The notes: generated by a model not told the origin, from the sequence alone. Positions 19,302-28,852 are shown, numbered from the stretch's first letter. The stretch is 64,000 nucleotides of DNA from an uncultured Elusimicrobia bacterium (GCA_963702895.1 OY969767.1:288001-352000), one strand, 5' to 3'. Made by a program: numbers and translations.

Positions 19302-19329
19302 GTAAATTCGAAGTGACAGCGAATTGACA
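19302..19329 (-). promoter_or_regulatory. PHO-box-like direct repeat upstream of the 91-aa ORF/giant gene
   Basis: TGTCAA-TTCGC-TGTCAC-TTCGA-ATTTAC, 11-bp period. Confidence 0.7.
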
Positions 19330-19403
19330 TGTTGAGAGCGCAAAGAGGAGCGACGGGATTGGGGGTGTGTGAGCTTGCCAAAATAAGGACTATTGTATTT
19401 GTC

Positions 19404-19434
19404 GAAGAAAAGTCCCGGTCCCTAAAGACCGGGG
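19404..19434 (-). terminator. Rho-independent terminator of phoB-phoR-Cys-rich operon
   Basis: Minus strand CCCGGTC-TTTAGG-GACCGGG followed by ACTTTTCTTC, 30 nt after the stop. Confidence 0.7.
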
Positions 19435-19463
19435 ATATTCATGGGCGATGGCGGGTGAGGCGA

Positions 19464-19940
19464 TTATTTCATATCGATATCGTCCTCGTGCGCCTGGCTA
19501 CTCGGGGAGATGTTCCCATCATGCTTCTTGCCGCCGTGGGAACGCTTCCCATAGCGCATGGGCTTGCGAAGTATTTCTTTACATCCTGCGGAGATCTTGT
19601 CGTCATAAGCTCTTAAACAGGCAATTTGGCGGCCTTCGCCAGGGGTGACATTCGCGCAATAGCGCTTGATGTCCGCCTGGCAGGCGGCCTGGAGTTCCTT
19701 CCCCCTTTCTTCAAGCCGCTGTTGTCCTTTCGCCATCGTGTGCTTGCAAGGTTCGGAAAGCTCAGGCTCATGAGCTTTCATACAGTCATGGATCGCCCCA
19801 GCGCCTGGCGTGACGTCTCCACAAAGCTTCTTCACATCCTCACGGCAAGCCCCTCCCTCCTCCTCGGCAAAAGCCGGTCGGATCGTCATGACGAGGCCAA
19901 CCGTCAGGCTCATGAGGAACGCCATCATCCTTTTCTTCAT
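19464..19940 (-). CDS. Secreted cysteine-rich repeat protein (GLG1/Cys_rich_FGFR-like, 2 repeats)
   Basis: Signal peptide and two ACxxDxKxxCxxVTPGxGxxxxCxxA..SxxC repeats. CAGGAGG RBS. Confidence 0.8.
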   Translation of the reverse strand: MKKRMMAFLMSLTVGLVMTIRPAFAEEEGGACREDVKKLCGDVTPGAGAIHDCMKAHEPELSEPCKHTMAKGQQRLEERGKELQAACQADIKRYCANVTPGEGRQIACLRAYDDKISAGCKEILRKPMRYGKRSHGGKKHDGNISPSSQAHEDDIDMK

Positions 19941-19979
19941 ACTTACGACCTCCTGGGGTCTGATTGGATCGATATCATC

Positions 19980-21719
19980 TTAGACGGACTTCTGGGAAAG
20001 AAGGTCTTGAGCCAGCGGAAGCGACAATTCAAAGATTGTGCCTTCGTTGAGCGTGCTCTTGACGGTAATGTCACCCTTATGGGCCTCGACCAGGTGCTTC
20101 ACAATCGCAAGGCCAAGCCCTGTCCCAGGAATTTCATGGGAGCGATCTTTGTTTCCCCGATAAAAGCGTTCAAAAATACGCGGTAAATCATCCGGCGCGA
20201 TGCCTCTGCCGGTGTCACGAATTCGTATCGATAAGCGATCGTCATGGGCCGCGGCGCTGACCCAAACCTCTCCGCCCGATTTATTGAACTTGACCGCATT
20301 TTCCAGGAGGTTCATGAAAATCTGGACCAATTTTTCGCGGTCCGCGAGAACCTTGGGGAGCGTTTTGGGAAGATCGACATGGAGAGACACGTTTTTGGCT
20401 TTGGCCATCGGGGTGAGAGCTTTAAGGATGCGTTCGATCGACTCCGCCGGAGCCACAGGCTCCAGGAGATAGCTGACCCGCTCCGCCTCGATCGCCGAGA
20501 GATCCAGCACGTCATCAATCAAGCGGGAAAGATTGTTCGCATGGTCCAGGATGATCTTCGTAAAGTCATGGCTGTTTTTCGGATCCTTGAGCGCCCCCTC
20601 GAGGAGTGTTTCCGCGTAACCCTTAATGGAGGTGAGGGGTGTTTTGAGCTCATGGGAAACATTGGCGACAAACTCCCGCCGGACACCTTCGAGTTTTCGT
20701 AATTCCGTCACATCATGGAGCGCCACCACGGCGCCTGTCTGCCCTTCGCCATAGTTGACAGAGACTGCTTGCAGCGAGACGATGCGTTCCTGCGGCGTAT
20801 GCAGCGTGATCTCCCGGCTTGGCGTTGGTTTCCCGAGGAGCGCTTGCTCCACGAGTTCTGTTAAGGGGCGATGCCTCAGAACCTCGACCAAGGGCCGGCC
20901 TGTGAGCCCTTCAGCTGGCAGATTAAAAAGGGATCGTGCCGACGGGTTTAAAAAGAGCAATCGCCCTTGGTGGTCCACTGCCAAAATGCTCTCCACGAGA
21001 GCGGAAAGGATAGCGTTCTGCTGCCTGCGCTCAAGAGCCAAGTCGCGAACCTTGGTTTCAATGCGGCGTGTCATCTCGTTGTATGTTTTCGCCAAGCGGC
21101 CGAGGTCATCCCCCGGTCCGGATCCGACCAGGGACAGCACGCTTCGGAGCGGTTCGCTGATTTTTCTCATGGTGATCCACGCCACGATCAGCGCAACGAG
21201 GAACGCGACGGCGCCCGCCATGAGCAAGTTCTTTTGAAATGAAAAAAGCCTCTGCTGGACTTCGGTCAGCGGCAAGGCAAGGCGCAGGACCCCTTTTCCT
21301 TGGGATAAGGGAAGGGCCACATAAAGCATGTCTTGACGAAGCGTCCTGCTGTGGCGGAGGGATTGACCTTGTCCTTGAGCGAGGGCAGCCTGAACCTCGG
21401 GCCGCGTCGCATGATTGTCCATGAGCAGCACTTCATCCCTTGATTTTTCTGAATCTGCTTGGACGGTTCCATCCGCACCGATCACCGTAATGCGACAGCC
21501 GGTCAGGCCCGCCTCGGATTTGGACCATTCTGTCAAAGCTTGCGGATCCTGGGGAAGCGTCTTGGCGAGAAGGCGGACCTGCGTGGCGAGGGATTGCTCG
21601 AGGTGTCGAAGATAGGTCGCTTTCAGGAGTGGCAACAAAGGAATGGCTGCGCAGGCCAGGGTCACCACCACCACGAAGAAATAACTCGCCGTGAGGCGTT
21701 TAAAAAAGGAAATTCTCAT
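19980..21719 (-). CDS. phoR: Phosphate regulon sensor histidine kinase PhoR
   Basis: 2 TM, DNHATRPEV sensor motif, HAMP, PAS, EFVANVSHELKTPLT, ERFYR, GTGLGL. Confidence 0.92.
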   Translation of the reverse strand: MRISFFKRLTASYFFVVVVTLACAAIPLLPLLKATYLRHLEQSLATQVRLLAKTLPQDPQALTEWSKSEAGLTGCRITVIGADGTVQADSEKSRDEVLLMDNHATRPEVQAALAQGQGQSLRHSRTLRQDMLYVALPLSQGKGVLRLALPLTEVQQRLFSFQKNLLMAGAVAFLVALIVAWITMRKISEPLRSVLSLVGSGPGDDLGRLAKTYNEMTRRIETKVRDLALERRQQNAILSALVESILAVDHQGRLLFLNPSARSLFNLPAEGLTGRPLVEVLRHRPLTELVEQALLGKPTPSREITLHTPQERIVSLQAVSVNYGEGQTGAVVALHDVTELRKLEGVRREFVANVSHELKTPLTSIKGYAETLLEGALKDPKNSHDFTKIILDHANNLSRLIDDVLDLSAIEAERVSYLLEPVAPAESIERILKALTPMAKAKNVSLHVDLPKTLPKVLADREKLVQIFMNLLENAVKFNKSGGEVWVSAAAHDDRLSIRIRDTGRGIAPDDLPRIFERFYRGNKDRSHEIPGTGLGLAIVKHLVEAHKGDITVKSTLNEGTIFELSLPLAQDLLSQKSV

Positions 21720-22408
21720 TCTGTATCAAATCGGTAGCCGACGTTCTTGACGGTAATGACTCGCTTGGCTTCCAATCCCAGCTTATCACGCAGGCGGGCG
21801 ATGTGCTGATCGATCGTGCGAGTATCGATTTCAAAGGAGGGGTCATGGCCCCAAACCTTTTCCAGTAGCTGGTCGCGCGTGAGCGCCTTGCCACGGGCTT
21901 GGGCCAGAATTTTCAGGAACTCAAATTCTTTCGAACTCAAGGCCACAGGTTTTCCTTTGACCATCACGGTATAGCGCGAAAAATCAATTTCTAGGGCGCC
22001 GGCCTTGATGGAAGAAGTGGAGATTTCCGATGTCATCTTCGACCTGCGCAGCACCGTCTTGACGCGAGCCAGAAGCTCACGCACGCTAAACGGCTTGGTC
22101 ATATAATCATCCGCGCCCAATTCGAGGCCTAAGATGCGGTCCACTTCCTCTTTTTTGGCCGTGAGCATGATGATGGGGACATGGGATTCGTTCCGAAGGG
22201 CCCGGCAGACCTGCATGCCGTCCATTCGAGGGAGCATCAAGTCCAGGATGAGCAGATCAGGGCGTTCCTCTCTTGCTAGTTCGAGGCCGGCTTGTCCGTC
22301 CAAGGCCGTTAGGACGCTGTAGCCTTCCTTCTCAAGGTTGTATTTTAAGAGTCGGACGATATCTTTTTCGTCCTCAATGACCAGGATCTTAGGTTTCATG
22401 CGGCTCAT
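21716..22408 (-). CDS. phoB: Phosphate regulon response regulator PhoB/PhoP (OmpR family)
   Basis: LDLMLP, GADDYMTKPFS, winged helix RTIDQHIARLR..GYRF. Overlaps phoR start. Confidence 0.9.
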   Translation of the reverse strand: MSRMKPKILVIEDEKDIVRLLKYNLEKEGYSVLTALDGQAGLELAREERPDLLILDLMLPRMDGMQVCRALRNESHVPIIMLTAKKEEVDRILGLELGADDYMTKPFSVRELLARVKTVLRRSKMTSEISTSSIKAGALEIDFSRYTVMVKGKPVALSSKEFEFLKILAQARGKALTRDQLLEKVWGHDPSFEIDTRTIDQHIARLRDKLGLEAKRVITVKNVGYRFDTE

Positions 22409-22435
22409 GAATTTTACATAAGTTACCTCTTGGGC

Positions 22436-22452
22436 ATGACAATGGTATGACA
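22436..22452 (-). promoter_or_regulatory. PHO box upstream of phoB (autoregulation)
   Basis: TGTCAT-ACCAT-TGTCAT on minus strand. TAAAAT at 22411-22416. Confidence 0.8.
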
Positions 22453-22479
22453 GAATTCTGGGAGCGCTCTGCTCAAGGA

Positions 22480-22705
22480 ATAGGCCGCTATCTTGTAGTC
22501 AGGGCGAGAAGGTGATTCCGAGTTCGGGGAGGAGCTCACGGCCAACGTCGAGTGCGTCTTCTGGCGCGGTGTCGCTCCTTGCGTGTTTTTCGTTTACATG
22601 ACGAGCCGCGCGATGGAGTTCACGAAAAGACTCATGAAGATGATCAACGCGGCATGCAACGAGGCTTGCCCCCAACCGAGCGCTCCTTCGAGGCCCCTCG
22701 ACCCA
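22480..22705 (-). pseudogene. Decayed duplicate of the 3' end of the PAS-PAS membrane gene
   Basis: Colinear (offset 2470, no indels) with 24950-25175: SRGLEGALGWGQASLHAALIIFMSLFVNSIARLVM*TKNTQ..QK..KIAAY, with in-frame TAA at 22594-22596. Confidence 0.88.
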
Positions 22706-22782
22706 GGGCGTGCACGGTCTCCCAGGGCTCTCCATCCGGACTGTTGCCGCGCGATGATCTATAATTTCGCCACATTCATCTC

Positions 22783-24945
22783 ATGACGGCATTTTTTTCC
22801 CTCACGATCTTCTGCAGTGCCTTTTTGCTCTTCTGTGTGCAGCCCATGCTGGCGAAGATGATCCTTCCTTTTCTGGGAGGATCGCCCCAGGTATGGAACA
22901 CCTGCATGGTGTTCTTTCAGACGGTTCTTCTGGCAGCCTATGCCTATGTCTATGTCCTGAGCTCCCGGGCGTCCGTTCGTCGACAGATCCTGGCGCATTG
23001 CTTTCTCATGCTCATGGCGCTTTGGGCACTTCCCGCGCTCTTTTCGAAGGATCTATACCCTCTGGTGGGCGCGAACCCAACGCTCTGGCTTCTCCAGAGG
23101 CTTGCCCTCTGGATCGGGGCGCCGTTCTTTGTAATCTCCGCGACCGCTCCGCTTCTGCAGAGTTGGTTTTCCCGTACGGATCACGCGCGCAGTCGCGATC
23201 CTTACTTCCTCTACAGCGCCAGCAACGCGGGCAGTTTGCTGGGCCTCTTGTCCTATCCCTTTCTCATCGAGCGCTATAGCGCACTCCGTGCTCAAAACAC
23301 GGGCTGGCGCATGGGATTTGTGGCGCTCATGATCGGAGTGGGGCTATGCGGCCTGTGGTCGATCCTTCGAGCCAAAGCGCCTTCTGTCAATGAGGGGATA
23401 AGTCCGCAAACCGATCCTCCCTTACGATCGACGCTGCCGATGCGGTTCCGATGGGTCCTCCTGGCCTTTGTTCCTTCCAGCTGGATGCTCAGCGTCACCA
23501 CGTATCTGACCACAGACGTCGCCTCGATCCCGCTTTTCTGGGTCATACCCTTGGCGATCTATTTAGTGACTTTGATTTGGGCCTTTTCAGGAAGGCATGA
23601 CGAACTGGGCAGAAAGGCTGTCATTCGTTGGACTCCCATCGTCCTGTTGCCCCTCGTCTATACCATGGTGGGAGAGGCCATCGGATCACTGAAAATTCTG
23701 GCCCCCCTTCACTTGCTGGCCTTTTTCCTGGGTGCGCTCCTGTGCCACCAGGAGCTTGCTCTGAAGCGGCCTCCCGTGTCTTTGCTGGCGGAGTACTATC
23801 TTTGGATCTCGCTAGGGGGCGCCTTGGGAGGGCTGGCGAATGCTCTTGTTGCGCCACAAATTTTCCCCGGCATTTGGGAATACCCCCTGATTCTGATCGT
23901 TGCCTTCGCCTTAGTGAAGAGAAATCCGTCCTGGGAGGCCATTCCTTCCAGACGAAAGGACATTCTCTACCCTATCCTGCTGGTCGCGTTCGCGTGGGGT
24001 CTCATTGAGATAGTGGAGAGCCGATTCGCGTTTGGCCTGGCGATCGCGGCATGCATCAGCTTCATACGAAGCCCTTTGCGATTGGCCTTGGGTGTGATGG
24101 GCTTATTTTGGGTGGCATTCTTTCACGAAGGCACACAGAAGCTCACGATTCATCGCGAGCGGACATTTTTTGGCGTTTATAAAATCACGCATACAAAGGA
24201 CTATGAGTATCGCCAGCTCATCCATGGGACCACCCTGCACGGTTCCCAGAGCCTCCGGCCCGCCATGATGGATTTTCCTGCGGACTACTATCACGCGGAT
24301 GGTCCGGCGGGCCAGGTCTTTCGCGCCTATAAGAAGACCTCAATGGGCAGGGATGCGGCGGCGATAGGGCTCGGGACGGGGAGTCTCGTGAAGTACGGAA
24401 AACCGGGAGGGACTTGGACTTTTTATGAAATTGACCCGGCGGTCGAGCGCATAGCGCGCCATCCAAAATATTTCACCTACCTGAAGCGAAGCCCGGTCCC
24501 TTTCCAGGTGATTCTGGGCGATGCCCGTCTTTCCCTGCGGGAGGCTCCATCGGAAGCCTACTCGATGATGATTATCGATGCCTTTGGATCAGACGCGATT
24601 CCTGTCCATTTGCTCACCCTGGAGGCCATGGAACTCTATCTTTCGAAATTGAAGCCAGGGGGTCTTCTGCTCTATCACATCAGCAATCGGCATCTGGATC
24701 TGTCGCCTGTGATCGGAAACCTGGCCCACAAGCTTCGATGCGTGGCACTCCGGCAAAGAGATCAGGAAGAGCGAATCATCAATGCTCGGGGTCTCAAGTC
24801 TTCTTCCGATTGGATTGTTGTGGCGCGCGACCGGAAGGACTTAGCGCTCTTAAGCCATGATTCGCGATGGAAGTTCTTGCTCGATCAGCCAGGGCACCGC
24901 TTGTGGACGGATGATTATTCCAACGTGATCGGGGTACTGAAATAA
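22783..24945 (+). CDS. Fused multi-TM/spermidine synthase-like SAM-dependent transferase
   Basis: FLLFCVQP..K..LP.LGG.PQVW, DPYFLYSASNAGS, HGTTLHGSQ, IGLGTG, FYEIDP, GDAR, DAF, WTDDYSN. Confidence 0.88.
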   Translation: MTAFFSLTIFCSAFLLFCVQPMLAKMILPFLGGSPQVWNTCMVFFQTVLLAAYAYVYVLSSRASVRRQILAHCFLMLMALWALPALFSKDLYPLVGANPTLWLLQRLALWIGAPFFVISATAPLLQSWFSRTDHARSRDPYFLYSASNAGSLLGLLSYPFLIERYSALRAQNTGWRMGFVALMIGVGLCGLWSILRAKAPSVNEGISPQTDPPLRSTLPMRFRWVLLAFVPSSWMLSVTTYLTTDVASIPLFWVIPLAIYLVTLIWAFSGRHDELGRKAVIRWTPIVLLPLVYTMVGEAIGSLKILAPLHLLAFFLGALLCHQELALKRPPVSLLAEYYLWISLGGALGGLANALVAPQIFPGIWEYPLILIVAFALVKRNPSWEAIPSRRKDILYPILLVAFAWGLIEIVESRFAFGLAIAACISFIRSPLRLALGVMGLFWVAFFHEGTQKLTIHRERTFFGVYKITHTKDYEYRQLIHGTTLHGSQSLRPAMMDFPADYYHADGPAGQVFRAYKKTSMGRDAAAIGLGTGSLVKYGKPGGTWTFYEIDPAVERIARHPKYFTYLKRSPVPFQVILGDARLSLREAPSEAYSMMIIDAFGSDAIPVHLLTLEAMELYLSKLKPGGLLLYHISNRHLDLSPVIGNLAHKLRCVALRQRDQEERIINARGLKSSSDWIVVARDRKDLALLSHDSRWKFLLDQPGHRLWTDDYSNVIGVLK

Positions 24946-24949
24946 GGTC

Positions 24950-26284
24950 TTAAGCGGCGATTTTATTTCCGGAATCGGAGGCGGGTTCTGCCTTCACCAA
25001 AGGATCACCAACCAAGCCAAGGCGCTGCTTCTGGGGAGGTGCCACGGCTTGCGGGTTTTTCATTTGCATGACCAGGCGCGCGATGGAGTTCACGAAGAGA
25101 CTGATGAACATGATGAAAGCGGCATGCAAAGACGCTTGCCCCCACCCGACCGGGCCTTCGAGGCCTCTGGACCAGTAAATTCCTAAGAGAGCCGCCGATG
25201 AAAGGGCGGCCGTGATGAGCGTCCGCTTCTGGCTCGCATAGAGAGCGGTCGCCACGGGCGTCAGCACAAAGAGCAGCCACATCGGCCCCCAGAATGTCCC
25301 CAGCAGATAGACCAAGAGAACATTGGCCAGAAAATTGGTGACGAGGCGCGTATTGCCAACCGGCACGGCCCATTCCACTTTCTTCTTGGCGAGATAAGCC
25401 GACATCTCATTAAAAATCCCCAGAAAGACGACCAGACCCACCGCTGTCCACTTCGTTTTGGCCTCGGCAAAGCCAAGGAAAAGCGAAGAAACCACAAGGC
25501 TCAGGGCAAAAGGCGTAAAGAAGCGGTCGACGATGCGAATGAATTCGGCCTTGAGTGGAAGCGGGATATACCGGGTGATGTCCTGGAAAGTCATCCCGAC
25601 GCCGATAGGCTGTCCCTGAGGGTTTCTGAGAATTAACGTTCCATAGCCCAGCGTGACTTTTTCGCCATCCGGCTTGCGCGTGGTGATCTCCTGGCGGTTC
25701 ACGGCATTCAGGTTTTCGCAGGTGGCCAGCAGCACCCGGTAGACCTGCGGGTGTTCCGAGAGCGCCCGATGGCAGGCTTCACCAGGCTCCAAGTCGCTTT
25801 TAAGGCCAAGAATCTTTCGCGCCATTTCGTTGACGCCTCGTATGCGCCCCTGGACATCGACAAAAATCAAGCCGCCCGGCATGTTTTTTAGAGCGATATT
25901 TAAAAACTTCTCAGAGTCCATAAGAGGAATGAGGCGCGTGATGTCCTGAAAGGTCATGGCGACGCCAAAGGGTTCACTCGACGCGTTTTTCATGATCACG
26001 GTGCTGTAGCCGATGACCATGGATTGGCCATCGGGCCTCTGGGTCACGAGCTCCTGACGCGAAGCCCCTGTCAGCTCGGTGCAGGTACTCAAGAGCATTT
26101 TGACGATCTTGGGATATGGGTCCAGCGCTGTTTTAATATGGTCACCGGCACAAACATTTCCGGTCAAGCCCAGGAGCAGTTCGGCTGTCTCATTGATCGC
26201 TCGGATCCGGCCGCGGAGGTCGATCAAGATCAATCCGCCGGGCAGGTTTTTAAAGGCAGCATCCAGAAATTGCTGATTGTCCAT
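24950..26284 (-). CDS. Tandem PAS-PAS protein with C-terminal multi-pass membrane domain and no output domain
   Basis: Two near-duplicate PAS units (KN[LM]PGGLI..D..GRIR..N...MTFQDITR.IPL) followed by about 6 hydrophobic helices. GGAGG RBS before ATG 26284. Confidence 0.8.
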   Translation of the reverse strand: MDNQQFLDAAFKNLPGGLILIDLRGRIRAINETAELLLGLTGNVCAGDHIKTALDPYPKIVKMLLSTCTELTGASRQELVTQRPDGQSMVIGYSTVIMKNASSEPFGVAMTFQDITRLIPLMDSEKFLNIALKNMPGGLIFVDVQGRIRGVNEMARKILGLKSDLEPGEACHRALSEHPQVYRVLLATCENLNAVNRQEITTRKPDGEKVTLGYGTLILRNPQGQPIGVGMTFQDITRYIPLPLKAEFIRIVDRFFTPFALSLVVSSLFLGFAEAKTKWTAVGLVVFLGIFNEMSAYLAKKKVEWAVPVGNTRLVTNFLANVLLVYLLGTFWGPMWLLFVLTPVATALYASQKRTLITAALSSAALLGIYWSRGLEGPVGWGQASLHAAFIMFISLFVNSIARLVMQMKNPQAVAPPQKQRLGLVGDPLVKAEPASDSGNKIAA

Positions 26285-26482
26285 CCCATCCTCCGTATAA
26301 GCCCCTTGAGGGGGCGGGCATCGCTGGGATGGTCCCGACCCCTCGAGTCCTGTTGGGGACGGGACCATGACTGAGGGGAGTCTATCTCCCGCGTAGAAAG
26401 CACGCAATGGAGAATGTGGGGTCTTAAGGGATGTTAACTTCTTAGACGGAGAAGCAAGTTGCGTTGAGATGCGGCAGGAGGG

Positions 26483-27208
26483 TTAAAGGATGCAGGAGGC
26501 TGGCAGGTGCAGCGTAAAACGGGTCCATTTGCCTTCTTCGGACTCGACATGGATGGAGCCGCCATGCAATTCAAGGATCCGCTTGCAGATCCAAAGGCCA
26601 AGGCCGGTGCCGTGCTTGCGGTCTTTGGTCGGAACCGCTTGAATGAACTTTTGAAACAGTTTCGAGAGTTCTTCCTTGGGGATGCCGCGGCCGGTGTCCT
26701 GCACGACGAGGTCCAAACCGTCGCCGTGGAGCTCCACGCCGATGGTCACTTTCCCATGGTCCGGCGTGAACTTGTAGGCATTCCAGATGAGGTTGTTCAG
26801 AACGCGCTTCATCCAGAAGGTGTCGATGATCAGCTTTTTCCCGAAGGTGTTGCCGTCGCGATAAATCGCCATCTCGCGTTGTTTGAAGGCAGCGGAATAA
26901 AAATCGATGGTCTCCGCGAGCAGCTTGTCGAGGTCCGTCTGTTCCTTGTTGAGCTTGACGTCGCTGTTCTCGAGCGTGGAGGACTGCAAAAGGTTTTCCG
27001 TCATGAGAATGAGGTCTTCCAGGGGAGGCACAGAGCGCTGCAGGAGGACCATCTGCTCTGGATTGAGGCAGCCCATCAGGCCGCTTAAGAGGAGCTGGAG
27101 ATTCCCTTTGATGACCGTTAAAGGTGTGCGCAGATCATGCACGACGCTTTGAACAGCGTCCTGTCGCATGAGGTTTGAGGCTGGCGATGCCGTGTTCCCG
27201 TATAACAT
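26483..27208 (-). CDS. Sensor-less histidine kinase (HisKA + HATPase only)
   Basis: HDLRTPLT at residue 24, NLIWNAYKFT, DTGRGI, GTGLGL. No TM or sensor domain. Confidence 0.9.
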   Translation of the reverse strand: MLYGNTASPASNLMRQDAVQSVVHDLRTPLTVIKGNLQLLLSGLMGCLNPEQMVLLQRSVPPLEDLILMTENLLQSSTLENSDVKLNKEQTDLDKLLAETIDFYSAAFKQREMAIYRDGNTFGKKLIIDTFWMKRVLNNLIWNAYKFTPDHGKVTIGVELHGDGLDLVVQDTGRGIPKEELSKLFQKFIQAVPTKDRKHGTGLGLWICKRILELHGGSIHVESEEGKWTRFTLHLPASCIL

Positions 27209-27226
27209 ATATCTTTCCTTGCACTG

Positions 27227-27281
27227 AGGTTATCAGAGGCATGTTACGGTGATGTGACGATCAGGTAAACGCTATGTTAAA
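27227..27281 (-). promoter_or_regulatory. OmpR/PhoB-type four-repeat operator plus -10
   Basis: TTTAAC-N5-GTTTAC-N5-CGTCAC-N5-CGTAAC, 10 nt, TAACCT. Same geometry as the pstS promoter. Confidence 0.65.
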
Positions 27282-27371
27282 TGTCGGCGAAGAAACTGTC
27301 ATGGACTGCCTTCTGGCGAGCGAAGCGTTTTTTTCTTTGAATAGAAGGAGAAATAACGGTCCCTGGACGAT

Positions 27372-27587
27372 TAGCCGGGAAAGCTTAGTTAGGCCGTCAC
27401 CCCGGCGGTCGTCAGCCGGCCCTCCACACATCCGGCGGGCCGGGTCGCCAGGTGTGTGGAGACCCGGGGTCTATCATCGTCGTAAGAGGAATGATGGATC
27501 CCCCCCTTACGGCCGGGGGGGATGACGGCACAGAAAAGTGCATCAGGGCCGGAGGATAAAGCTCTTCCAAAGGATGATTTCGGGTTA
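27372..27587. mobile_element. MITE/REP-like palindromic element, copy B (with nested hairpin insertion)
   Basis: Same core and TIRs as copy A. Extra CTCCACACA..GGTGTGTGGAG hairpin at about 27420-27462. Confidence 0.82.
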
Positions 27588-27633
27588 GAAGACCTCGTTA
27601 TGACATCTGGGGGAAGACTTTTCGGGGATTTTA

Positions 27634-28152
27634 CTAGTGAATCACGCCGATTTTGCGGATGGCGGTGGCGATGCCTTGAGGGGTCTCAACTTCAATCTGA
27701 GCCAGGTAGCCGCCTTTGGAGACTTTCTGACCGGCCTCGTTGGTCCCGTCCCAGAGAAAGGAGTTCGCTCCGGATCGGGAACCCTCCTGTCCGGGTGAGA
27801 ATTCCCAGCGCCGCACGCGAAAACCCAGAAGGTCATAGAGCGTCACCCGAACAGGAGCGTCCCGGTCCAGGACGTAGGAGACCCGAGTCTGGCCCTCCGG
27901 CCCGGGTTTCCGCGAATCAAAAGGGTTGGGGGCGTTTGTGACCTCGGACAAGAGAGCCCGCGGGAGCGCAGGGGGTGTCGTTCGATGCACCGTTGGAATG
28001 TTCGAGCGCATCCCAGGAAGATGAATCAATGGATTTCCCGGGACATAGGCCATGGCGACCTCATCCACGACGGCTCTTTGCTCTGTTGTCCCGAAACAAG
28101 TCCCCGCCAGCAGTGGCACGAGGATCCCTATATAGGCCATTGATTTTTTCAC
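27634..28152 (-). CDS. Secreted protein with FlgD-like Ig C-terminal domain
   Basis: Signal peptide, NAPNPF, LYDLLG..VR, WDGTNEAGQKVSKGGY. Confidence 0.8.
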   Translation of the reverse strand: MKKSMAYIGILVPLLAGTCFGTTEQRAVVDEVAMAYVPGNPLIHLPGMRSNIPTVHRTTPPALPRALLSEVTNAPNPFDSRKPGPEGQTRVSYVLDRDAPVRVTLYDLLGFRVRRWEFSPGQEGSRSGANSFLWDGTNEAGQKVSKGGYLAQIEVETPQGIATAIRKIGVIH

Positions 28153-28204
28153 GATGTCAGTCTAGCCTATGAATGTTACAAGAGGATGTCGTCCATAGGC
28201 GAAA

Positions 28205-28234
28205 TTGACAAGAGGTTCAAAAAACGCCTAGAAT
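28205..28234 (+). promoter_or_regulatory. Sigma70-type promoter for HNH-ACT-def
   Basis: TTGACA-N18-TAGAAT. Confidence 0.6.
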
Positions 28235-28245
28235 GCGAGCCGTTT

Positions 28246-28845
28246 ATGTCTGCTGATGTGTTGGTCTTAAATCGCAATTTCTGCGCTGTGCACATCGCCA
28301 ATTGGCGGCGTGCCCTTTCCCTGGTGTACTTAGACCACGCCCGTGTCGTTGACCAAGAATACCGCACCTATAATTTTGAGGATTGGCGAGAGCTTTCGCA
28401 GCTCATCGACGATCATCCTTCCGGCTATGTCACAACACCTCGCTTCCGGCTTGCCATCCCCGAAGTGATCGTCCTGCAGCGCTATGACAAAATGCCCGCG
28501 GGCGAGGTGAAATTCACGCGCCGCAATATTTATGAGCATTACGGGTACCGATGCTGTTACTGCGGCACACGGTTCAGCACCCACGAACTAAATCTTGAAC
28601 ATGTCCTTCCCAAATCGCGCGGCGGCAAGACGGACTGGAATAATATTGTGACGGCCTGTGTGCCCTGCAATTTGCGTAAAGCCGACAAGCTTCCTGAAGA
28701 AGTCAACATGAGACTTCTCATCCGGCCGTCTCGCCCCAGGTGGAAGGGGAGCGCGACGCTCGTTCTCAAGGCGCCTTTTAAGATGAAAGCCTCCTGGCAG
28801 CGCTTCATCGATAACGTATACTGGAATACCGAGCTCGAACCTTAA
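28246..28845 (+). CDS. HNH endonuclease
   Basis: VLVLN, FTRRNI, CCYCG, EHVLPKSRGGKTDWNNIVTACVPCNLRK. Confidence 0.92.
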   Translation: MSADVLVLNRNFCAVHIANWRRALSLVYLDHARVVDQEYRTYNFEDWRELSQLIDDHPSGYVTTPRFRLAIPEVIVLQRYDKMPAGEVKFTRRNIYEHYGYRCCYCGTRFSTHELNLEHVLPKSRGGKTDWNNIVTACVPCNLRKADKLPEEVNMRLLIRPSRPRWKGSATLVLKAPFKMKASWQRFIDNVYWNTELEP

Positions 28846-28852
28846 ATCGACC

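Noticed and set aside
22499..22735. 78-aa ORF as a real gene
   Set aside because: It is an alternative frame over the decayed PAS-gene duplicate.
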